Below are positions 40,401 to 48,300 of a stretch of DNA of 64,000 bases, piece after piece. Every line of letters begins with the position of its first letter. Positions within the stretch are counted from its first letter, which is position 1. The position numbers were made by a program, and so were the translations under genes. The DNA lies in the IMG/VR virus record IMGVR_UViG_3300030328_002400, positions 35,648 to 99,647 of that record, one strand, 5' to 3'. Source of the DNA: a virus. The notes under the pieces were generated by a model. That model ran no database searches, was not told where the DNA came from, and saw nothing but the letters and a program-made list of their open reading frames with translations.

Positions 40401-43400
40401 CATTAGCAATAAAAGGAGTTAGATCTGAGGCTAGACTTGAAGAAGCTCAAACAATTGAAGATAGAAGAAGTGCTGGTGTGAAAGAAATAATAAAGATCTA
40501 TGTTGGAGGAAAAAAGTTTTTTAATATAAATGAACCAGGCTTATCAGTAGCAGAAAATTTTTCAGCTGGTGGTGTAACGTTAGAGGAAGCTAAAGATGCA
40601 ATACCTGGTTTAGGTGGAAAATTGAAAGCTTGGTTTCAAAGAGGTGTTGATTATTTAGAAAGTGATTCAGGTAAAAAAAGAATGGGGAGAAGAGATCCAT
40701 GGATATATAAGGGGAAAGCAGGATCACCACCTCCAATAATAGTCTATGCTAGAGAACAAGCATTAAAAAAAGCACAAGCTAAAGCTAGACTTGAAGAAGC
40801 TGTTGACTTAGACACTGTATTAGAAGAGATAAGTATATTAAAAGCTGCATTAGAAGATCAGTATGGTCCTACAAATAGGAAGAGATTAAGAAAAGCATAT
40901 AAAGAAAGCAAGAAACTACAAGCTCTATATAAGAAAAGAGATGAATTAAGAGGTGCTAATAAAATTATAGATGGTCCTTTACTTCAAAATGATATAGAGG
41001 ATATAGCAGTATTTACTGAATGGGCACAAACTAACTTACCTGAATTTATTAATGTAGAAGATATATCTGTTTTAGGTAATAACCTTTTAGCAAATGGTAG
41101 ACGAGTTGGTGCTTTTGTTATAGACATAAATGATTTAGCTGGTGGGTTAGATGTAAAAGGAACTATATATACTGGAGCCAATAGTCCATTTAGATATCAT
41201 GAGGCATTTCATGGAGTATATAGAATGTTACTTACTCCTGCTGAACAAGCAAGATATTTAAGAATAGCTAGAAAAGAAAAGAGAGCTGAACTAAGAAGAG
41301 AAGGAAAGAGTTTGGAAACTGAATTACAAAGATTCAGAAACTCTGCAGATATATATCAAAATATGAGCAGAGAAAGATTAGAGAGAGAATATTTGGAAGA
41401 GTATTTAGGAGATCAGTTTGAATTATTTAAAACAGATCCAAGAAATACTAAAACAGAATCTGTTGTAAAATCTTTATTTACTAGAATTATAGAATTTATA
41501 AAAGCTATTCTTAATGGCTTTAGAAGAAATCAATTAAATACTTTATTTGAAAATATTGATTCAGGTAAATACCAATCAGCTCCTATGACTACTAATGAGT
41601 TTACTACTTTAGGAGCTACAATAGAAGCTAATAAACTTATTCCTTATGCAATAGAAAGCAAAGAAGAAGGGGTGGGAGATTTATATATTCCTAGTATTAT
41701 AGCAGAACCAATCATATCTTCTATGGCAGGAATCTTAATTGAAAGAAGATTTAATTTTGTTCCATCAGAAGAGAAACCTGCTTTTAATTTAGATGAAGAA
41801 TTAGATATAATAGTAGATGAGTTTGCTGAATTATATAATGTAGATAGTGTAGCAAATAAAAAATATAAAGTTGATAGTAAAGAAAGAAAGACATTAGACT
41901 TACTTACTCAAGCATTTGAAGATTTTATTCCTCAGATAAAAGAGTCAGTAAATAAAATGATTGAAATAATTAATTTACAATCTGCTCAACAAGAAGCTAA
42001 TAATGAATTCTTCCTGCAAAATGAAGGCGTAAGAAATATTTCTCAGTATGGTAAAGAAGCTTACATGACTGGAGGATTTGATAATCTATCTAATAGGCTT
42101 AGACACTATATAAGTACAGTTACAATGCCTGCCACTGATTACTTTGGAAATACAGAATTAGCAGATGGAACTCCATTTGTTCAACCTGTAAATGCTAATC
42201 AAGTATATAATGGATTATTAAAATCATTACAAGGTTTATCAGATCCATTAGCAATGATACAGAAAATGCAACTATTTGCTGATACTAATCCACAAACTAA
42301 AGCTGTAGTAGAAAGTATTTTTGAGTCTGCTGGTTTAGTACCTTTAACAGAAGAAGGAGAAGTAATTAATGAATTACCTCAACAATTAAAGAATCCAGAC
42401 TTTTTAAATAAAGTTCTAAAAGCCTTTACTAACTTTAGAGTAGAATGGTATTTCCAACAAAGAGATAATTTAGGTAATACAATAATTCATTCTGCCTCTC
42501 AACGTGATGATGCTTCTACACAATTAGACAATTGGAGTGAAGCATATACTAATAAATTACAAGTATGGGCAGAAGATCCTAGAAAAAAATCTGACGCTCT
42601 TAAAAGCTTAATTAAAATAAAAAATAAATTAAGATTAAAAGATGAGAAAGTAAGAAATAAAACTCTTAATAGAGAGGCTTCTGAATTATCACAAGAATTA
42701 TTTGAGGCAGTAGGTATTAGAGTAAGTCCAGGTTATATGAGGTATAGTTTATTAAAATCTAGAAATAATCATTATAATGATCAAATAGTAGAATTAGATT
42801 TTTATCCTAATGCTGAAGCACTAGTTTATGAAGATATTAATATTTTTCAAAGCTTAATTAATAATGGTCAAGATATTTTTGATAGAACTAATGAAGGAGC
42901 TTCTAGTAGATTAAAACGTATAGCTTTAAATAATGCTACATTTGATGAAACTATTGGAGCAACTGTATTTAGAAATTCAAATGGTGATTTAGTTAATTCA
43001 CATCAGGTCCCTACTTATCATTTGACTAAAACGAAGGAGTTAAACTCTTCTCAAGAAAGAAATAAATTGAAAAATGATCCTTTCCTTTCTAATAATTATT
43101 TATTGAATTCTCAGGCATTTAATAATCTAGCTGATAATAATCAAATAAAAATATCTAGAGTATCTGGTACAAAAGTATTAAATCAATTAAGTACAGAATT
43201 AGATGGTTCAATGAGTAATGCATTAAAAACTATGGATTATGGTAAGTATACTCCAGGTGAATTTATGACTAGTAATATTAATTTATATTTAGCTAATTTA
43301 AATTATATAACAAACAGGCTTAGTAGTTATGTAATGGTTAAGGATGAGGTATCTGGAATTGAAACTCAAGTTGCTATATCTCCTATGTTAAATAGAGTAA

Positions 43401-46400
43401 TAGAATCTTCTAATACAGGAGATTTAACTACATTACCAGTTATTAAAGCAGTATCTAAAGTTAATGGAAAAGATGTAATTACAGATGAAGCATTAGATAT
43501 ATTCTATAACTTTGTAAAAAATGAGTATGATAGAATTAGAAGAGAAAGTTTAGCAGATCCACTTACGTATGATAAAGTAGGATATAATTTAGAGGACCCT
43601 AATAATCCGGAAGCTCCTTTAAGAGCTTTTACATTTAGTAATAATGCAGCACTATTAGATTCTGCTACTAAAATAGCATTAGAGGGAGAAGCTGTATCTA
43701 CAAACGCAGTATCTTTTGAACAAGCATTAAAGAACTCAAACTTAAGTGTTGCTGAATTTAAAACACAATTAAGAAAAAAATTAGGTGAACAATATACATT
43801 ATTTAATGACCTTATAGATGTAAATAATATACGTGATAAAATAGATAAAAGAATAAGAAAAGGATTAAACCCTAATAATGAAGCTGCACAATTATCTCAA
43901 AGTCAATATAACCTAAGAAATAATGATGAGCAGTTTAATCTTAAACAAATATTTTTAAGTAACTATGCCAATGTTAAATCTTTGAATGAGTTATTATTAG
44001 GAGATCAGGCAATTACACTTAAAAGTTTTACAGATAAAGGTAAGAGGTCTAAAGGGCAAAATGCTTCTGGATTATCAGCTTACTCTCCATTCACTAATCC
44101 ACAACAAGGGATTAATCATGCAACAGATAAAATTAATCTAATTACATTAAGTGAACCTCAAGGAGTATCAGCTTTAAGTAATGATTCTATTGATAAAGCA
44201 GATGCACAAATGTGGATGACTACTAAAGCATTCAGACATTTCTGGTTTGGATTTGGATTATTAAGTAATGCACAAGCAGCTGTGTTAGATAAAATTGAAG
44301 CAGGAGAAAAAATAGAATGGGGTGAAATATCTAATCTAGTCAATGAGGGAGGAATGATAAACTCTAAGAAACTAGTATACTTTGACGGAGACACTTTTAT
44401 AAAAATGTCTGCTTTTGTTTTAACGCCAGCCTTAACATCAATGAAAAATTCAGATGGAGTTTGGGTTGCTAAACCTAACTCTCTTCCATTACATAATTTA
44501 AGAGTTAAGCTAGAAGCTTTAGAAGAAGGAACAGAATCTGTATCTATTGCTGCACCTTTATCTGCACTTAAAATGTTACAACAAAATGTAGTTGCTTATC
44601 AAGAGTTAAATATGACAGAACAAGGCTTCTCTCAAGAAAGCACTCCTTTATCAGCTAAGAATATGAGACTTCAACAAATAAGTCCATCTAATAAACGTAA
44701 GATAACTGAGCTTAGTCAGATGAAAACACTTATTACTAATGAGCAATCTCCTAAGTCAGCAAAACAAATTAAAAGATATAATGAACTTTTAGCAGAAAGG
44801 CAGAAGTTTAAATATATTAACAAAAGAAATTTAACATTTAATATTCCACAGGTACAGGCAGAAGCTCAAGAATTTTTATCTGCAACGGATAAAAAGATAA
44901 CACCAAATTTAATATTGTTCTCTCAGTATGCAGTAACTTCTTTACAAGCTTCACAAAATAATTCTAACTTAATTGAATTCTTTAGTTTAGATCAATTTAA
45001 TCAACCAAAATATGATTTAAATAATCCATATACAGTTGCAAAGTTTGAACAGTTATTTTTAACATACTTTAGTCAAGATGTATTCCAAGAAAAAATACCA
45101 GGTACTTCTTTTGCATTAGTATCTTCTTTTGGTAAAAAGATTTATAGACGTGTATATAGTGTAGATGAAACTGGACAACCAGATAAACAAGAAGTAATTA
45201 GAGAAAATATAGTTCATAAAGATAATATAGCTATAGATCCAAGAATGGCAAGTGATTTAGTAGGAGTTAAAATTCCTAAAGAAGGTATAGTAATATTAGA
45301 CCGTTTAAGATATAATTTAAAAGAATATGATCAAAATGGAAAATGGACAGGTCAAAGATATAGTGAAGCATTAATTCCAGCTCAATTTAAAGCAACTTAT
45401 GAATTAATTGAAGGAGATAATAAAGAAATGCCTACTATGATTAGTGATATGTTCTCTGTACGTATCCCAAGTCAAGATAAACATTCTGCACAAAGTGTAA
45501 AAGCAGTGGATTTTCTTCCAGTATTTTATGGTTCTTCAGCTATGTTTTCTGATGAGCTGGTAGAAATATCTGGAGCTGATTTTGATATAGATATAGTATA
45601 TACACAAAGAAAAGATTTTTATGTTAAAGATGGAAAGTTTATAGAATATGGTAATAATTATGCTGATTATGTAAACTATGTTAACAAAGAAGTAAATGAA
45701 CCAGGAAGTATATATAAATCTGCAATAAGATTATTTGATATACAAGGATCTTTAGTTGAAGATTCTTTGACAGATATTGAAGATACAAGAGCTGAAGAAG
45801 CTGGGTTTAGTAGAGAGGCTATTAAAGCATTACAAGGTTTAGGATTACCTATTACTAAAAAACAATTCAATGATTATATTAATAAAAAGGGTGTACCTCC
45901 ATATGTAGCTCCATTAAATAATGAGATTTTAGATATTAGAAGAAGTTTAGTTAGTAATGAAAAAATGACATCAGGTAATAATCCTGTTGCCTATACTCCT
46001 GCTTCTTTAGATTTAATAAGACAGGGATGGGAAAATATATCAGGATTAGTTCCTTCTTTAAAATCAAGAGAAATAGCCGGTGAGCTGGATATAGATAATT
46101 TAGCAGGACAAACAATATCATTCACTAATAATAAAGGAGCATCAATTGGTTCTGTTGTTTCACCAAACTTATATTTGAGTTTATTAGTAGAGTATGAGAT
46201 TAAAATAGGTGATGCCAAATTTCTTTTAGATGATGAACTATATGATACGTTTGCTGGAGCAGACACTAAAGATGGAATTAGAAAGCAAGATATTATATCC
46301 TCTATAGTTACTATGATGACTGACAATGCAAAAGAATATTTTGTTGCTAAATTAGGATTAAACTCACATGCAGCTGGTATGTTAACTAATATGATAGCAC

Positions 46401-48298
46401 TAGGAGTACCATTAGATACTTCATTATTACTATTAAATAATGAATTTATTCAAGAACAATATAAAGCTATTGATAATAGTGATTCAGACTTTACTCTAGG
46501 AATAAATAAAAGAGTAAGGATGGAAATTAATAGGTTGAAAAAATCAACAGCAATACCTCCTACAAAGGAGATACTTATAGGAGGTGTAGAGAATTATGCT
46601 GATTTATCTGCTGGTCAACAAAAAGGTATTATGGAAACCTTTGTAAATATAAATAGGATTAGAAGCTTTACATCAAAACTTAATAGTGTTCTGAGCTTAA
46701 ATAATGGATTAGGAAAAGACTTCAATAGAATAGATAGTAGATTGGATGATATAGCTGATATGTCTTTCAGGGAATATGAAATGAATCCTGACGAAGCAAT
46801 TAAACCTTTATTTAATTTAGAACGTATATTTGAAAATACTTATTTGGGTACTTTGAGAAATACTTTCTTAGAATTAACTAATAAATTATTACCAAATGTT
46901 TTTATAACAAGAACTTCTGGATTTAGAAGAATGGAAGAATTATTACAAGCCAATCTTAATCCACAACTTTTAGCATACAATCCGGATGTAGTTTCTAAAG
47001 TTAAAAAAGATCTATTAGGATATGTTACTATAAATGATTATATACAGAATAAATTAAATAATGATGCATTATCTATTGGCACTTTAAGTAATGATTTAAT
47101 ATATCCAAATAAATCAGATTTAAATGTTATAAATGCAGTAAAAAAACTTAGAGAAGTAGATCCAGGTAATTTCTTTTTAGAAAGCTTTATTACTACATTA
47201 CCTGCACAGGCAAGACAAAACTTTTCTGGTCTAAATTTAGTTAGAGCTAATACTTGGAGAAAATTAAACAGACTACAAATGTATGATCTTCAAACTTCTT
47301 TTAATAAATTATACAATGATTTAAATACAAGAGGTTATGCTAAACAATTAATAGATTACGTCTTTGTAAAAGATGGTTTACAACTCTCACCTGGTAGTAT
47401 CCTAGAAGCATTAAGTCCATATGTATTAGAAGATTATTTATCCCATATTCCTACTGTAAGAGTAAAATTAGAGGAAGACAAAATAACTGGAGCAGGAGCA
47501 TTTGTAGTTGAATATTTAAGTATGGCATCTAATCAAAATTTATTAGCAATAAAAAAACCTAAAAATGATGTAAAAGATATGCCAATTATCTATAAAGAAT
47601 TTGGTCCAACTGATCCAGTAACAGGAGAAAGAAAATCAATTACTTTTATAAGGGATGGAGAATTACTAGGAGAGGCATCACCTATAGATTTAAAAGGATC
47701 TCCACTTCAAAATGGTATAGGATTTATTTTTGGGCCAGTTCCTCTTACTAAAGATTTAAAAAAGTTAAGAGCTACTAGAACTACTAGAACTTTGGAAGAC
47801 ATAGAATCTATGTCTGATGAATATGTAAATGCTATAGAGAAGGAAATGCAAGAAAGAGGATTAAGCAACCCATCATTTAACAAGGTTTATGATGGAGAAA
47901 ACTTAGTAGTAGAAACACCAGATGGTTCAAAAGTTAATATAGATGATGTAGATGGTTTAGCAAAGATGGAAGCAGAATTTAGTAAAGCTACTGAAGAATT
48001 AGGAATAGAAGAAGTTGGAATAATAGATGATACTAATTTACCTCCTATATCAGAAGAAGTTCAACTTAAACTAGATTTATTAGAGGAGAATGATCCATCA
48101 GTTAGTCATCCAGAATTAACACAATTTTGGAATGATAATATAGAAAATGGAGAATTTTCAGAACAGGTAGAATTATTTAAACAACAAAATGATATAAATA
48201 CTCTAGAAGATTTAGTAAATTTGTATGATAATAATCCTAATTCTTTCTGGTCAAGTCCTCAAGGAATGATAGAACAAATAAAAAGATGTAATTTATAG
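34448..48298 (+). CDS. Virion-packaged DNA-dependent RNA polymerase (crAss/phi14:2 gp66 type) fused to an N-terminal cargo region and a zincin domain
   Basis: RIPSQDKHS (45461) and SGADFDID (Asp motif 45578-45592); DAQMW and IKMS segments; YHEAFH (41198) with downstream EEYLGDQF. Confidence 0.88.
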   Translation: MENNDGQPLSVKLAEEKISGSLTNQTSPYITAESLFDTQQYGPDFLNMADPAGLLNVDRYTKDMFKYGPEVLANLTAPDPGIVDIGYNPSKPRLEDLSPVDRIKNWTPTEDPLEPLPTIYGNIKEMGFDRAYAHPKFNELGFTPYADNESYYNTNSSKLDDLSRAYNQFGSQFGTGLTASWNTMVDMFDGDGYIDSPDLEGAYAMEDAMRIGSTSRGGAFGTLTNVGLSFGYTMGIISSIAIEELILAAGSSALSMTGAGAPTGLAAFAAGTMRNLFRAGRAMSNLFDIKRYASASRALINTLNDVNNARQLARGGLEVGGKIFAPEVTYAIKNWKTTGNTAQNIMNFMKSGDNWVAGYRDFRQVNLALAEGKLEAGMVENRVRENQLRYLAQQNPGEQVTADQLADIEVKSREAAFRSQMQNTAIIYFTNKLLLRSAFGGWRRAASKNVTDKIFRTNPLIDAVTGKALKGIYRQQSKWLISALGQRIAAAGFRGAPRVFAGAMLRYGAGGIGEGIQEVTQEAIAATNEGYYGALLREPGSGAKHLYGSFAMDGIKDQFSAQGFETFLSGFLMGGMAGPYQQILFQGFPYLYSRRSKNSRADYDSQKQAEQEVINRAVDQANQMSPGYNGSEASTIDVILDETQLMASLQKNALDGQNEALSAGDKYNFYNQRNFAQFANIYDKYQRGTISLYEQELDGYSQLTDEELAQAFPKKDYGSTQKVREKILKQKELIQEYGEMFDNRNNPFKKRYEPKLFKPGTRQYRDEVAMKKAYKHMEMFSMFTQNAFKDAVERKGKIAQALESTPLFGKMAANDISPLLDKESLETELDRLDQEIEAIEANLQNESGLSALDKKRNKKNLKDKKARRKQLLKISKVYNANLTDKGYYDRRKKKNLEASVKTYLKTLANANGTFVDNDAAQNAINEIIDYATLSQDSYMFNQTIEYLLDPNRMEGLIERSADYFKQVGGARNSLIKGQIKDLILNQNQNQLLNELAKEDIYLDPTETREFLETGNINVLRTFIYAGRKLDAAVIEDLEIIMKIVNPILDVYIQTTTPVQEETAADVVDESVQEVKDTLDEAGIQQIVLKDSYQSPSLQKILDKQFRAYQAMMPPEGEGLMNFSKWKESPEGINIKEGYDAIKRIWASGYQRYTPERQIITFKPNQTEIDEEIGLQDFINDYADDNPTVRDVLQELEVNLSIYKTVKSAPASNIIQDGLIVDLQKIVLDQTNEDETTSYVLLDKSGNLINNRMKQIIGPNASGTFTNIQNAQDAFELLEREGSDGTTFKFGGLVLSRGERIVDEAGNVFRVNTNAAGNQKNPSIIYLVPEAEYNQTNWWSNSKAAKEFGAVKEEDFIGRYRVMEEIKVPELGNNFAKLPPDEAIKAWPHTNAGETRDQANERLEMIMSNLTPQEIQELNIFIKPSVANTNTYSYQVPGEANQLEKLPNPYIINKGNDYTIGIQMVDPVVITKMNALLGQAEGINLLEESANGIFAYFPSNQFEFVDGNGVIIDPASMDVNFMNSTMYLEGIEYKGNTEKENLEIVRRAFATGQALQAAVQKEIGETPTGDIRVGRLPDGLSITIFQGFPNYTKPNAFTEVGKLPFGADGTGNAFLVLDVDPVSLLPTPITNLEGDAEIELISQVEAGLKKQGIMNEDGSLKNVSNRYNVVVKDPSGLYTVATSTVKEQPVADLDVILNDYINMAQKVLETNVTKKGQKTEVKDQNIATEFNKQQRDKLFITSDVKGRQFYLEVTPYGSISLKAKDKVTGPKAQLTGVQQYEQLGKTVYLYNQDFSRDDRGDTEITSTVIFQKLVDKLNAEFDEPIISLKNFKVSIPENAPLEDFLGNLETALDPNQLRKGQKILINVEAKVSQSQRDKGVIIQTPISTAEATARALEKAQAKAALKSISPTNLPNLVSEWLLSEEGSLANQSAAESAGKFALEYNKRFSPTEGLTEEEVTGKDMFNVVGQGLVVMEAILDEINRQTLAIKGVRSEARLEEAQTIEDRRSAGVKEIIKIYVGGKKFFNINEPGLSVAENFSAGGVTLEEAKDAIPGLGGKLKAWFQRGVDYLESDSGKKRMGRRDPWIYKGKAGSPPPIIVYAREQALKKAQAKARLEEAVDLDTVLEEISILKAALEDQYGPTNRKRLRKAYKESKKLQALYKKRDELRGANKIIDGPLLQNDIEDIAVFTEWAQTNLPEFINVEDISVLGNNLLANGRRVGAFVIDINDLAGGLDVKGTIYTGANSPFRYHEAFHGVYRMLLTPAEQARYLRIARKEKRAELRREGKSLETELQRFRNSADIYQNMSRERLEREYLEEYLGDQFELFKTDPRNTKTESVVKSLFTRIIEFIKAILNGFRRNQLNTLFENIDSGKYQSAPMTTNEFTTLGATIEANKLIPYAIESKEEGVGDLYIPSIIAEPIISSMAGILIERRFNFVPSEEKPAFNLDEELDIIVDEFAELYNVDSVANKKYKVDSKERKTLDLLTQAFEDFIPQIKESVNKMIEIINLQSAQQEANNEFFLQNEGVRNISQYGKEAYMTGGFDNLSNRLRHYISTVTMPATDYFGNTELADGTPFVQPVNANQVYNGLLKSLQGLSDPLAMIQKMQLFADTNPQTKAVVESIFESAGLVPLTEEGEVINELPQQLKNPDFLNKVLKAFTNFRVEWYFQQRDNLGNTIIHSASQRDDASTQLDNWSEAYTNKLQVWAEDPRKKSDALKSLIKIKNKLRLKDEKVRNKTLNREASELSQELFEAVGIRVSPGYMRYSLLKSRNNHYNDQIVELDFYPNAEALVYEDINIFQSLINNGQDIFDRTNEGASSRLKRIALNNATFDETIGATVFRNSNGDLVNSHQVPTYHLTKTKELNSSQERNKLKNDPFLSNNYLLNSQAFNNLADNNQIKISRVSGTKVLNQLSTELDGSMSNALKTMDYGKYTPGEFMTSNINLYLANLNYITNRLSSYVMVKDEVSGIETQVAISPMLNRVIESSNTGDLTTLPVIKAVSKVNGKDVITDEALDIFYNFVKNEYDRIRRESLADPLTYDKVGYNLEDPNNPEAPLRAFTFSNNAALLDSATKIALEGEAVSTNAVSFEQALKNSNLSVAEFKTQLRKKLGEQYTLFNDLIDVNNIRDKIDKRIRKGLNPNNEAAQLSQSQYNLRNNDEQFNLKQIFLSNYANVKSLNELLLGDQAITLKSFTDKGKRSKGQNASGLSAYSPFTNPQQGINHATDKINLITLSEPQGVSALSNDSIDKADAQMWMTTKAFRHFWFGFGLLSNAQAAVLDKIEAGEKIEWGEISNLVNEGGMINSKKLVYFDGDTFIKMSAFVLTPALTSMKNSDGVWVAKPNSLPLHNLRVKLEALEEGTESVSIAAPLSALKMLQQNVVAYQELNMTEQGFSQESTPLSAKNMRLQQISPSNKRKITELSQMKTLITNEQSPKSAKQIKRYNELLAERQKFKYINKRNLTFNIPQVQAEAQEFLSATDKKITPNLILFSQYAVTSLQASQNNSNLIEFFSLDQFNQPKYDLNNPYTVAKFEQLFLTYFSQDVFQEKIPGTSFALVSSFGKKIYRRVYSVDETGQPDKQEVIRENIVHKDNIAIDPRMASDLVGVKIPKEGIVILDRLRYNLKEYDQNGKWTGQRYSEALIPAQFKATYELIEGDNKEMPTMISDMFSVRIPSQDKHSAQSVKAVDFLPVFYGSSAMFSDELVEISGADFDIDIVYTQRKDFYVKDGKFIEYGNNYADYVNYVNKEVNEPGSIYKSAIRLFDIQGSLVEDSLTDIEDTRAEEAGFSREAIKALQGLGLPITKKQFNDYINKKGVPPYVAPLNNEILDIRRSLVSNEKMTSGNNPVAYTPASLDLIRQGWENISGLVPSLKSREIAGELDIDNLAGQTISFTNNKGASIGSVVSPNLYLSLLVEYEIKIGDAKFLLDDELYDTFAGADTKDGIRKQDIISSIVTMMTDNAKEYFVAKLGLNSHAAGMLTNMIALGVPLDTSLLLLNNEFIQEQYKAIDNSDSDFTLGINKRVRMEINRLKKSTAIPPTKEILIGGVENYADLSAGQQKGIMETFVNINRIRSFTSKLNSVLSLNNGLGKDFNRIDSRLDDIADMSFREYEMNPDEAIKPLFNLERIFENTYLGTLRNTFLELTNKLLPNVFITRTSGFRRMEELLQANLNPQLLAYNPDVVSKVKKDLLGYVTINDYIQNKLNNDALSIGTLSNDLIYPNKSDLNVINAVKKLREVDPGNFFLESFITTLPAQARQNFSGLNLVRANTWRKLNRLQMYDLQTSFNKLYNDLNTRGYAKQLIDYVFVKDGLQLSPGSILEALSPYVLEDYLSHIPTVRVKLEEDKITGAGAFVVEYLSMASNQNLLAIKKPKNDVKDMPIIYKEFGPTDPVTGERKSITFIRDGELLGEASPIDLKGSPLQNGIGFIFGPVPLTKDLKKLRATRTTRTLEDIESMSDEYVNAIEKEMQERGLSNPSFNKVYDGENLVVETPDGSKVNIDDVDGLAKMEAEFSKATEELGIEEVGIIDDTNLPPISEEVQLKLDLLEENDPSVSHPELTQFWNDNIENGEFSEQVELFKQQNDINTLEDLVNLYDNNPNSFWSSPQGMIEQIKRCNL
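40126..40801 (+). repeat. Interlocked direct repeats (A..B..AB) inside the RNAP gene
   Basis: A = 27 nt at 40126-40152 and 40759-40785 (1 mismatch); B = GCTAGACTTGAAGAAGCT, identical at 40430-40447 and 40784-40801. Confidence 0.85.
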
Positions 48299-48300
48299 TT

